Positions 12,443 to 25,227 of a stretch of DNA of 64,000 nucleotides are shown in pieces (the stretch's first letter is position 1; every line of letters begins with the position of its first letter). The notes below the pieces were generated by a model. The model did no database searches, had not been told where the DNA came from, and saw only the letters and a program-made list of their open reading frames with translations. The DNA comes from Vermamoeba vermiformis. Taxonomy: Eukaryota. The position numbers and the translations under genes were made by a program. The DNA lies in NCBI GenBank assembly GCA_045837725.1, contig JBEWZL010000238.1, forward strand, positions 372,001 to 436,000. Direction: 5' to 3'.

Positions 12443-14780
12443 TTACAGCTCGTTGTTTACAGACGCGTCCAAATCTGGATTCGCGCTGATAGAGTTTTTG
12501 GTCAAGTTCGTTGACAGTCTACTACGGCTCTTTCCAGATTTACCAGAAATATCAGATGAAGATAATTGCCATGAATTCTGGGACACGTAGAATGCAACTA
12601 CGATTGATAACGAAACCAGATGCAACGAAAAAAATTGCCAAAAATAGAGCGCAACGACGTCTGTTAAATAAAATTAAATTAATGATCACATTTAGGTAAA
12701 TTTGGTTTCCCTTACTTGGTGGACTAAAGACTAAAGCTGGTGCAAAAGCCAAGGCCAAAAAGTACTGGATTAGAGTTGCGGCAATGAAAAACAACACTCG
12801 CGTCACCTGTTAATGCATTAGTTTCATATGTGGTAATAAAAATATTATACTAGGCTGATGGAAATAGTTTTTGAAGCAGTTCTTACCTTTTCAGAATTTG
12901 ATCGTCGATCGGAGCTTAAAGAGTTCGACAATCTGATTTGTTTCGTGACTTTGACGGCAGTAATAATGAAGAATATTGCTAGGCCTAGTACTATTATAAC
13001 ATAGTAGGCCAATTCGATGTAATTGAATACCGAAACCACGGTCAAAACTCTAAGGCTCGTTGAAATTATTACAAACGCGAAGAGTACCGCGCAGCTGATG
13101 AAAAATGGCACTTTGGCTTTTGTCAAGAACGGATTGACTCGAATTGAGGATCTAGAGATGCATTCGTGCCTAAATAAAAATAGCGTCAGGATCGCGACGT
13201 CTTGCTTCATGAAAGATAAATAAACCAAATGAGATTTGAATCCAGTCTTTACCAATAGAACGTCATTAAGATCGTCGCGGATAATATAAACGGGGCAGGA
13301 AGCGTAAAGAAAACTATGTTGAATGTTATCGGATAGATCCTTCTAAATCCTGAAATATCAACCATAGCGATGATTTCGACTATAAGATGAGTATTAAATT
13401 AGTAAAAAGGGTTATAAACGCGTTTTCGAATCTTTATAGCGGATCCGTCCGCATTTTTGCCGGGTAAATGACTTACTAATTGTACCAACGAGAATGAATG
13501 CCAACACTATGTGCGGTATAACAAGTCTAATGCCCTTCTGGCGTGCAATAATGATGAACCAGTACCAGCAGTAGATCCCGAGAACCAGATTTGTAATTAA
13601 GAGCCCACCGTCAATGATTTGGCCAACGTATATCCACGGCGACTTAATTACTACGACCCATTCATCAGGTTCTGTTCATATTAATGTTAGATTAAATAGG
13701 AAACTTCTAGGTTCATTCAATTTGAAAAATTTCCTTTTTTAGTTATTCTATTATTTCAAACGGTGATTAAAACACTGTTTTATGGGATCAACAAATAAAA
13801 TACTAAAGTGATATGGCCATAATACATAAAGATTCAGGTGAATCGGTTGGTTGATTAATTAACGAAGGAAAATTAGCTGGGTTTCGTAATGCAAATTAGG
13901 CGATAACGCAATTATTAAACTCATAAATTACTAGGGTAATATATGTACGTACCATAAGATAGAATTCCCGTTACGTTTTTTCCGTCCTGCAACATCTGGC
14001 TAACGACTGAGATCAATCCTTCCATAATAGCGCCAGGCATGTCAAATGTGGGCAAAAAAACGTCGCTAGTGTCTCTATTATCCGTTTGTACATTTGCGTA
14101 GCCGATTGATAAGCCGTTAGTGCCAATAATTAGTCCTGCAGCGTTTTTTGCTTGGTAGATTCGGGCCCACTTCTCTGGTGGCGGTGGTTCAAAGAGTAGA
14201 ACGATACAGCCCGTAGTATATGTATCTGTAGTACATAGTGGTGCCGTAATTGGTGCTGGCGGATTGCTTTGTAAACCTATAAGCAATAAAAAAAGTTTGA
14301 ATTAGAGCCGTTGCTACAGGATCAAGATCCAAAAAGAAAAAAATATAGTTTACAACGAATATTATTGTGACATTACTACTGCGTAGTTGCTTTAAAGTAT
14401 GATTCCGAAGTTGACCGAAAAAGAACCGGATCGCGCAAAAGTCAAATTGACGGAACGCCCCGCTTGGCTTATATTAACATCGAATATTAAAATACTACTA
14501 GTGTTTGGTAGTTAATTACTTGTATGATGATTTGACGAAGATATTTTGCCTGACAAGAGCATGTCAAGCCCATCCGGTAAAAATAGCGGCGAACTTATTG
14601 ACTTTAAAGCAATATTTACGAGCAATAATCAGTGATATGCATAGACATACCTTGAAACACTACTAATCCAGCGGAGTAATTTCCGACAAGCTGATCTCCA
14701 TCGAAAACAAGAAGTGTTGAGGTGCATAGGCAGATGCACCAAGAAACTATAAGAAATGAGCTAATCGCTGTTATCTTCAT
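12443..14780 (-). CDS. Signal-peptide protein with a PA-like extracellular domain and a multi-pass (about 7 TM) C-terminal domain
   Basis: Hydrophobic N-terminus MKITAISSFLIVSWCICL. Ectodomain segment CIVLLFEPPPPEKWARIYQAKNAAGLII...LPTFDM is PA-domain-like. Several TM exons lie in 12560-13670. Confidence 0.65.
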
Positions 14781-15878
14781 TTGAATAGCTTCGTGAGTTG
14801 TGGCTATCACTTAATAAGACGGAAAAACAATACTGAACGAATGCACCTTAATTAGCAGTTGTTTTTTTGTGACACGCGAGATAAAATCTCAAATACGCGC
14901 CATTAATTAGTTAGCGCGGAAGTATTAATATTAGGGTTTCACGACTAATTTATAAACCAGCCAAGTACCATTGTGAGCATGTGCAAAGAGCTCCGATAAT
15001 GGCTAATGGCTGGTTTCCGAATTTTAACGGCGGAGTTTTGGATGTGTTTGATTAGCCGACACAAAAAACGGTAGTTGGGGGCAACCCATAAATTAATTAC
15101 GACATAGTTCGATACAAATAAAGGATGAGACTTACACCCCACATCAGCTTTCCGGAAAACCGATCCCGCCAAAATTCCGCCGACTACTCAACCCTTCTTC
15201 TAGCGAAATAATCAGTTAAAAATGTTGAATATATTATTGTAATATATATCAGGCAAATTAATAATAACTTACGGGTGCACCACAAAATAGATTGGCCAAA
15301 GATCTCACGACGTTTCTTTGCGTACGCCTATCATATTGATGGCGCCATAAATAAGCATTTATTTTACTATTATTAAACATCATCAGCACGTTCTGCTATT
15401 GTGTTTTAATTGTGAAAATGTTTTTTTTTCTGCGCTGTTCTTGCCTTGCGATCCTGGACTTTTAAACTTAAAAACCGAAGTATAGTAACACTAACACCTC
15501 TAAGCACTTTAATTGCTTACTGGTTGAGAAGTGGTGATGTCAATGGTAAAGGGCGCAGCTGATCTGATCTGGGAGACGAGACACTGAAAAGGTATAGATA
15601 GTTAGGCAACAATAACAAACAAAAATAAATAAATAAATTTTGTTTTATTAAATAAATAACGTAGTAGCGGCACGTCCATACTTGTCGAGCTTAAAATTCG
15701 GATGCAATGCGTATTTATCTTTAAAAACAATTGAATGGCCTATGCCGCAATATTTAACAATATTTATCTACTTATAGTAAATATTAAAATGTTTCTAAAA
15801 ATCTAACTCGATCAGTTTTTGAAACACTAGTTTTCGCTTTGTATCTAGTCCTAACACTAAATTATTAGAATAAATAAT

Positions 15879-18800
15879 ATGGCGATAGTTCGGACAGCAG
15901 TAGCTGCCAAGTTGGAGGCGAATCCGAATTTTCATTTGAAAATACACCAAGATCAAATGATCCAGATCAAAGCAGTCCACCCTCTAGTGAATAGTGAAGG
16001 CAAAAAACGATTAGCAGACTTTACAGTAGAGTGTAGTGATCCAGATTTTGTATTAATTATGGAGAATTTGTCGCTTAAACGAGTTCTAAATATTATGGCC
16101 GTGTGCAATCCGACCATAACCCTTGAATTTAAGATGGATATAGGCATTTCGAAGAATCAAATAGGTATTGTATTAACCATATTCTTATTTGATTAGTTTG
16201 TTTCCATTTCAGACGTCGATCTGATTTGTTTCTATTTTAGGCTGCGCGGATCCTTTTGGCGCTTGTTATGTCAAATGCAATAGCGCAGGACGAAACAAAA
16301 ATCAACCCAGATATATTCAATATCCTAGTGACGCTAAAGACACACCTAACAACAATAATACAAACGTTCCAACTCCAGCGATCGAGATCAAGATAGAAAA
16401 ACAAACCGAATCAGAACAACCAGCAGCGGTGTCCAAGCGTCGAGGAAGACCTTCTAAACCACCCAAAAAAATTAAAGAAGAAGTTATTAAGCCTGTTGAA
16501 GTCCCTCCTGCTCAATCCCGATCACTAAAAGATTTCTTTGAGCAAATCCCGCTCGATCCGCAACTTTCCTCCCCACAACCAACGTCAAATAACAATACAA
16601 ACGAAATTAATATAGAGGAACAACATAATAGCATTGTGGTCGAACAAGTTGGAGCGGATGTGGATCCAGTAGAATCACCGAGTCAAGTTGGATCTGTTTT
16701 ATCAGCTGCACCGCCTGTTGAAATTCAACAAAATATTACTCCAAGTGTGAATATAGAGGATGCTGTTCCTATTGAGGAATCAAATGCGTCAGCGGCAGAT
16801 CCGATAAATACCGACAATAGTTTCATGGATCAAACGATTAACGAAGACAGACAACAAAATCAACAAGAAATTTCCGAGAATAGCGCTAAGAAAAATGATG
16901 AAGTGCCACAAGACATTCCTACAGTCGATAACGTTGATAAAAATGTCATGGATCAGATTCCGGTTGATGCGGATCTTACGACGCTCGAAGTAAACCAATT
17001 TGCCAATAATGTCACTGAAGACGATAAAAATAACACTACAGATGACTCGTTATTAAATCAAGATGAAATGGCGGAGATTTTCAAAGAAATTTTCCCAGAG
17101 TACTACGGCGAGAACAAGAAGAACGACGAAGTTAACAATGAATACAGCGATATTAATAGCATGCTATTTAACACCGATCAATCTTCTAATGCCGTGCCAA
17201 TGGAAACTGAGACAGCACTACAAGTTGAAATTTCATCAGTCGTGCGGCACCAACAACCGGATCCAGAATCACAACAACAGCAACCAATGCAAATAGAAGA
17301 AGCTGCTATAACGTCTATCCAACCAAGTACAGAGGTTGTTAATGCAGAATCGAATGGTCAATGCATGCAAAATGAAGTACAGGTTGAAAAATTGATGCCG
17401 CAAACCGAAGTGAGCGAGCAAGTTGCGCCGACAGAAGTTCAGCCTGTCGCTAATGAAGAAGATGGAAACATCGATAAAAGCATTGTAGCCGCCACTCCCG
17501 TTAATAATGTCGATAATATGGAGGTAGCTGTGAATACAGAAAGTTCTGGCAATGTTCCAAACGCAGCCGAAGTATGGTCCGGTATCGGTGTCCCATTAGC
17601 CGCAGCTGCACAACCGAGTATGTATATCCCTCTCTATTTATTGCTAGTTAGTAATATTAACAATTTTTTTAGCCCAACCAACTGCGGAGGTCGTCCCCGA
17701 GTCTACCGAAGTGACACGTGTCATCGAAAATGTCAACTCAGAAGTGCCTCAAGTTAACGCGACTTCATCAAACAATTCTGAAAAAAAGATAGCCAATGTC
17801 AATACTGAAGCTATAGAGACTATTCAACAGAATAGTGAGTCGCCATCCGAGAGTGTCGACAAGCTACAAGATCCAGCACGAGACGAACCGAAGATCGCTG
17901 CTGTCGAACTAAATACTTCAGATGAAGTAGCTCAGCAAACCATTGACGCACAGCCGCAACAAGTTGACATTGAACAAAACACCGTCAACAACGCTGACGA
18001 GTCAGTGCCCGACACTACGGAGAACTTGAACGAACAAAAAGAAGACCAGTCTAACTTAAATTTCAATGCAGTACCTACCGACCATGCAATCATTGCAGCC
18101 GATGAAGACTTGGATTTGAACGAGATTGTTTATGACGGTGAAATTGTGGTGGCGTCCGAAGATGAAGACGAAGAAGAAAAGGCCCAGTTCATCGACTTCT
18201 TTTGCGAGGAAACACTCGCTGATGATGAGCGTGAAGAAGAAGATAGTACTAATAACGAGTATAATATGATAGACGATGGACCTCAAGTGACAAGAAAACG
18301 CAAGCGAGGATTTAGCTTGGAAAGCGTTGTGTTTCGAAATGTCAAACAGAAAGTGCAGCACGTGACTGTTAAACAAGAGGCAAAGAGTACTCCCGAAAAG
18401 GAAAGTTTGCAGAATATCAGCAAAGATTCCCAAATGAGTCCAATCATGCGGGCAATATTCGCCTCAAAAATGCGAAAAAATAATATGAATAACAATAATA
18501 ATGAAAATAACTCGCCTCGCATAACAAACAATACGACTAGAAGAGTCACTAGAAGTGCTGTTAAGAATAGCAGCAATAGTAGCGAAGATTCGATTGAAAG
18601 TACAAGCCATAATATTAATAATAATAATAATAATAATAAGACTAAGAAGAATAAGAATAATAATGGCAATAAGAGAAGAGCGAGTTCGCATCACGAAACA
18701 AGCCTCAAAAAAGAAAACCAAGCTGTTGATTCACCGAGAATATTAATTTATAACGAACGTACGCTTCGAAGAGGGCCATTACCAAAAATGGAAAAGAGAG

Positions 18801-20520
18801 AAAAGAAAGAGACCAAGCCGAAAAAAGAAGCGAAAGTTAAAGTTGATAAAAAAGCGTACTCGAATGAAGAAGAAAAGAGCAAATACTCCGACGAAGATTA
18901 TATGAGTATTAATAGCGACGAAGATAGCGTGGAATATCACGTGGATAAATTAAGTGAAGACGAATATTTCGTGGAAGAAATTTTGGAGAAAAAAGTTGAA
19001 AAAGGAAAGACCCAATACCTTATTAAATGGCTTGGTTGGCCTCACTCAGACGTAAGAATATATTTCTTAATTATTTTTATCAATTTTATTTTTATCTAAT
19101 ATAGAACACTTGGACTCCCGAAGAAGACATTAGTCCTGATATAATAGAGATCTACGAAACTTCACCAAAACAACGTAATCCCGGAGAACGCAACGTGCTT
19201 GTATATAATCTATTTTGGAAATACGCCTTTAGGCGGCACGTTCGCTATGTAAAAGAGCATCCAGAAGATCCGAATTACGAAAACTGCAAGGACATCGATG
19301 TTTGTAAGTTAGAATGCTGTAGTATACTATATTGCATCTTACTAAGATATATTTATTAGCCGATGGGCTGTTGGACAAGTTCAGCATGTGCAACTGTTAC
19401 CGCGTACTGGATGCCGGATCTATTTATTTTAAAGAGCAAGTAGCTCGCATGAAACGAGAAGGTATAGTACTAAGAACACTTTTAATGTTATTAGCATTTT
19501 AGAATAGCATCTTAAGATTTGATCAAAGTTTGACTTTTCGTTGACCAATTTTTCTAACAGAAGACGAAGATGACGTAACCAAACAGACGATATGGATGGC
19601 ATTTTGTTATCGTCTAGTTAATAGACTCACGACATTTGAAGGTTTCGGACGAATTCCAACGTCGAGGCAATGGTCTCAGTTCAAAAAATATTTGATAAAC
19701 ATTCGCGCTACTGGAGACCCTGTATTCACGAACAGGCATAATGTGATTGGGCTAGAGAATTATTTAGGAGTTATGGATAATTTAACATCTAAAATTGACG
19801 TATTATACGAAAAATTTGAACGCCGCAAGACCAGTCTCCAAAAGTACGTAAAATTAGTATTACCAAATTTGGCAAGTCTAATCAGTAAAAATCTTATTTA
19901 GGTGTATCGAGTATGCGCAAACATTACCATTCATTGGTCCATTCTTTGCGCAACAAATTTGCAACGATCTTGTTGAAGAAGGTAACTCGCCGTTGACACG
20001 TGTCAAACAACATTAATTAAGTGCCAAAGTGTCACTCGTTACTAACGACCCTCTTAACATAGGAATAATCAATAGTTCTAACAGTTGGGTGTGTCTTGGT
20101 CCGGGAGCTAAAGGTACCTTTTAATTCAATTATGACAGCTCAATCCAAGTATTAACTTTACTTCCTTTAAGCTGGTCTTCGTAATATTTACCCGGGCATT
20201 AAAAATTCAGAATTGCTCGATAGAGCGAAACAATTGCAAAAGAATCAAAGGTAAGTTTTGCTTTCAACCGCCATTCAGTGAACCATTGATTCATGAAACA
20301 ATTATCTTTGTATGACCATTTCCTTTTTAGGAAAGCTTTTGCATCGCTCGACTTTGATTTTCCGTACTATGAAGGACGAGATCTGTCACTGATCGACATC
20401 GAGCACGTGCTGTGTGAGTTTCAAAAGTATTTGCGCATGTTGGGCAAGAAGAGCAGCAAGAAGAACCTTCGTGCCAAGTTCAAAAATAACAAAGCTGTGA
20501 AAAAACATCGGAATAAATGA
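15879..20520 (+). CDS. Large nuclear protein: AT-hook + acidic disordered region + chromodomain + aGPT-PPlase clade 1 / amino acid:DNA transferase-like domain
   Basis: In-frame GT-AG introns at 16165-16240, 17618-17672 and 19052-19104, plus six more to about 20330. Motifs: KRRGRPSK; chromodomain EYFVEEILEKK...YLIKWLGWPHSD|NTWTPEEDI; then LFWKYAFRRH, KFSMCNCYRVLD, YRLVNRLTTF, LPFIGPFFAQQICNDL, LGPGA and DIEHVLCEFQKYLR. Confidence 0.8.
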
Positions 20521-20664
20521 GCTAGAAGGCTTACTTCGCCCTTGAAAAATTTTCATTGAATTTTTTTCAGCGACACATCCGGACACTAAAAGTCAGCTAA
20601 TAGGAATAATATTACTTTGCTTGACTATGGCACATTAAAATATCAACGTTCATTAATGAATATT

Positions 20665-23600
20665 TTACGCAGATTTTAACAAAGGAAGGTGTTCAAGCTT
20701 TTCAAGCACTTGATCAATCGTTGGCCGAGCACTCGGTGACATCTGACAGCACTGTTTCATGACTGAAATTAACTCGCTTGGACACTGTGCGGAAGGTACC
20801 AGCTGCGGAATGACTCCTTGGTCTCGGATCTGCATGCCAATCGTGATCGGATCTTCGTTCAAGTGTGGCTCTTGTCGTTCGAGTATTTCGAACATAAGAA
20901 TACCAAACGACCATACATCTAAAAATAATACATTAGGCGTCGAAAGTTGGCACTATGCAATTGAAAAAGTCCGTCAAATAAAAAATGAGGAAATTTCGGC
21001 GAAAGTAACGACGGTCAACGTTTGGTCAACAAGGCTTGCCTGACTTTGGCGAGTATCTTTTCTCCCCAAGAGACTCAGGCGCCATCCATCGAATCGGACC
21101 AAGTTCCGACTTTGTAGTTCCGTGTTGCTGCTCGTCCACCAGTCTTGACATGCCAAAATCAGTCAACTTTGGTTCGCCTTGGTGCAACAGGACATTACGG
21201 GCTGCTATGTCTCGGTGCACGATATTGTTCGAGTGTAAATGTCCGATGCCTTTGCAAACACTCTTCAGCCAATACATTTTCATTTTGATGTCCATGTCAA
21301 CTTCACCGTGTTGGTAAAGTGTCGCATCGAGAGATCCACCGTTGCAAAATTCGAGGATCAAAATGACGCTGTTGGTCTCTGGATGCACGCTAAAGCCAAA
21401 CAACTGCACGACATTTGGATGCGGTCTTAGTCCGATCATCATTGACAGCTCTGACACGACGCTTTGATTCGCTTGCGCCATGCTGACTTTCAGCGCGACA
21501 TCCGTGTTCTTCCACTTGCCTTTGAACACTTGGCCATTGGCACCTTGTCCGAGCTGTTCGCCAAAAGTTATATCTTGGTACGGAACGAACCACTGACCGA
21601 AGTGTTGTTGTTCTAGTCCTGTCATGGAGATCGTCATTGATCGCTTCTGTTGCCGTCTTCTTCGTAAGAGCAATACTGTCAATAGTACCGCTGCAATGAC
21701 TACCACAGCAATAGGGATAACAATCGCGATAATAAGAGTTGAATTATCTTCGGCAATCGGGCTTGTAATTTGTTCAGTCAGCGGTTGTTCAACAGCTGGC
21801 ACAGGACTTTCTGTGACAGGTGTCAAGTCAAAACTGACGAATTGAATTTCCTCTGTGTACAGATTGCTGAGTTTGTGGTACCCTCCTGCAATGACAAGTG
21901 TCTCAGCGTTTGACACGTTTGAAGACTGTGACGTAGATGAGGGGAGAATTTTGAATATGGATGCGGGAACGTATGGATTGTCGAAAGGGAGTGACAGCCA
22001 CTGTTCTGTAGCCAAGTCCAAGTAGTCCATTGAGTCCAATTTGTCACCAAATGCCAGCAGAAAATCGTCGTACACTGCTATTGACACCATTGTCGCGGGT
22101 TGCAGTAGCAACAGGCCTCGCCATACATTAGTGTCGGTGTTGTAGATCACAATGCTCCGATAAATATTGTTGTAAACAACTGACGAGACGACTTTGTTGT
22201 CTTTACGCCATGCTTGTTGTGCAGTGCCTGAAATTTCTGGGCTGTTTAGAGCGACTGCACCGGTCAAGGAAGTGACGAAAAGTCCAGAAGTAATATCGAT
22301 TAAGTATGCTGTGTCGTTGTTCATAACGACGGGCGTCCAGTAAGTCGGATGCAAGAGGCGTCCAGGTCCATGTTTTTTGTTGTTAGTGAACTGGATGGTG
22401 TCGAAGAGACCACTTGCGTTCAATCGATACAACGCTGGGCTATAATCCATGATACAAAACGAGCCATCTAAAATCGCTATTGTAACGTATTCTAGTCCGA
22501 AGGAACTAAACTTTGGAAATGGAATTGTTGTCTCCCAACGATTCTCGACGTAGTTGTACACATCTATGGCTTTGTAGACCACAGAACCAGTTGGGTTCAC
22601 TTCTTGGAAAGGAATCATGTACATGACGTCGCCGAGTCGAGCAACAACTGCAGTGGGGAACGGGTCGCCAAATGTGCGGCTCAGTAGATTATCCACTGGC
22701 ACACTCTGGCCCGTTTCATAATAGTAGAAATAGTTGTTAATAAGTGTGTCAGGAATGAACGGGATCTGCGACAAGTTGGTCAACTGTTGGTTGCTGTTGA
22801 TCGCGAAGGCCCATGTCTTATATAGAGCTAAATAACCAATAATGTAGACCGTTGTATCGTTCACTCGAAACAGTACTGTTGGAGAGAATTCTGTCGCGAT
22901 TGTTTCTGTGACGAGGACCAATTGCTTCGAAGCTGAGATGTACATGAAGACTGCGCCAGATGAGTTCACCAGGACGTGTATAGTCGGAGACATTGCTACG
23001 TCTAACAACGGTGAGCCAAAGTTGACAGGTTGAGTTACGGTCGTCAGAGAGGTCACGACGGACATCGTGTTTGCAGCGCAGTAGACCAGTTGATCTGCGA
23101 CTGTGAAGGCAAAAGTGACTTGATTGAGCGAGGTCCAGGTACTGTTCATCTTGACCCAGTCAAGCGTCCAGAATCCGTCTGAAAAGAAGACCATCGTGCT
23201 GTTGAGAAATGACACGGACGCGATGGTGTTGTTTGAGGCCTCTCGCTGGAACCATTGCTGACTCGGCGTGTGATATACAAAGCACCTGTTCGTGAATTGA
23301 ATCACTGCAGCTTTGTGGGTGTCGTCGAACCAAAAGCCAATAAAACCTGTCGTGTTGGCAGGAAAACTGTCTTTAAACTCGATTGGTGCACTAGTGATCG
23401 CGTCAGTCACCCAAATGCTCGTGGAAGGCAGTAGAGTAGTGCCGTTAAAACCTCCCATAACAATTACAAAGTTGCGTATGGAAAGTGTGGTCGTGCTCCA
23501 AAGTTGCGACATGACGTTCGTCAGATTTTCGTTGTGAGTCCAGTTTTTGGTAGCCAGATCCAAAAAATCAACCGAATAGCGTCCAACGACGGTTAGCGTA

Positions 23601-24040
23601 GTGTTGCTCAGTTCCATTCGAATAGGACGTCGAACTGTCGGACCATTAGTAGATGCGAAGGATGTGAACGTTTGGGTATCGGCATTGAGCTTATAAAGTG
23701 GAGGAGTATAGGCACAACCACCAACCATATAAATATAAGGACCCAATACTGCTGTTGCTACGCGACCACGAGGGCTTGGTAAGTTGATCGGCTGTTCCCA
23801 AGCTTCAGAAGTCAGATTATAAATCTCAATTGTATTTGTTGCTATATAATCGTGGAGCTCGAATCCGCCCACAAAGAATACTCGGTCTTCCACTTGAATA
23901 GTTGAGAAATGGGCTCGTTTGGATGATAACTGAATTTTTTTCTCGATCTGGACGGAGGCCGTCGTGATGCCAATCATGAGTATAGCCAATATTAACGATA
24001 AATAAAATTTTTCATTGCTTTGTATTTGTGGATGTTGCAT
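20665..24040 (-). CDS. Receptor tyrosine-kinase-like (TKL) protein with Kelch-like beta-propeller ectodomain, single TM and kinase domain
   Basis: Signal peptide; Kelch GG motifs (FFVGGF, YMVGGC); TM IIAIVIPIAVVVIAAVLLTVLLL; kinase motifs GQGANG, VALK, HRDIAARN, DFG and PIRWMAPE. A single GC-AG intron at 20919-21039 restores YSPKS|DVWSFG. Confidence 0.92.
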
Positions 24041-25227
24041 CTTGATTCACCTAAAATAAACGCATTGCTATTAGTTTCGAATCCGCAGATCGTCTCCCAG
24101 CGTACCAAATGCTTACTGCCAAACAACGCCTGCGCATGTGATGGTGACCAAACAATCACCAACAAATAAAATCCAAGCCTGAACCAAAAAAAGACATAAC
24201 AATTCACAAACGGATCAATCGGTATCCGATTTTTTAAAAAAAATAGCATGCTCTTGGATCATTGCCGCTAATTCTTGCCAATCACTACGGAGACTCAGAA
24301 TGAATGCTAAGCGCGCTTGATTTTACTCAGAAAGGACGTAGATCTCGTTGGGACTGGTTGTGATTCGATTTTTTAAGTTCTATCAAACAATCGGTTAGAA
24401 TAATAAGTTACAGATAATCAATTTGAGATTATGTACTTACTTATAGGCTTATGATTGGGACTTTGTTTCGCGGACGAAGCCCATTTGACTTATAAGTCAA
24501 ACTTAAACTTAAAGTCTCAGAGAACGTGTTAAAAGAACGCTCTATCATTCTGGTAATTACTATTGTGAGAAAATAAAAAATTGAGTTATCAGAGTATACT
24601 TCGAAAGCATTAAAAATTTCGGTTGGATCGTACACCCGGAACGAAGGTCCGGTTTTAAGTTATTTCAAATATATAAAACTAAGTGACATAGTGCAATAAT
24701 TATTTTTTTAGGTTTAAGTAAATAAACTGCAATATTGGAAAGCTAGCCAGTTCGCTTACCAGGTACATTTCCGCTGCGGTCTCCGACTTCAGTCAATTGT
24801 CCATATCGCTTGAAGTATTGACGTATGTTATGCTCTTATGTTCGCAATCGAGCAATTAAAACTCAATTTGGTTTTGCCGTCGGTCCCACCAACTTGCGCG
24901 GTTTAATTCACACAATGAAGCTTCGCTTGTTTTCTCTTTTAGTGCGATACAAAAACCACAGCGAATACCCGTTTCTTTTCCTATTTAACTATTATTAGTT
25001 GATGACTGCTGGTCAGCACTAGACGAAACAAAAATTTACCACGAGAGTTTTGTTGATCCGTAGCAAGGCCCCGCGTCTTGCCAATCCTAAAATTATTATT
25101 GATGAAGAAACCAGACTTACATAAGGCAATCTGCTTAAACCAGAATTTGTTTGAAATTTAAAAAAAAGATTTGTTTTATGAATTTTGTAAGTCGTTCTAA
25201 CGCTAGGCAGAACTAATTAATACTCTT

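Noticed and set aside
15530-15590. Possible C/D box snoRNA (GTGATGT...CTGA...CTGA)
   Set aside because: The C box is imperfect, there is no clear terminal stem, and I cannot identify an rRNA-complementary guide. It could be 5' UTR sequence.
18962-19160. Chromodomain as part of a chromovirus (Gypsy) retrotransposon
   Set aside because: No RT, RNase H, integrase or LTRs nearby. The domain is interrupted by an intron and is in frame with a host-type gene.
24041-25227. Gene or structured RNA in the gap between the kinase and PARP genes
   Set aside because: Only short motif-less ORFs; no tRNA, snRNA or repeat structure recognised by eye.
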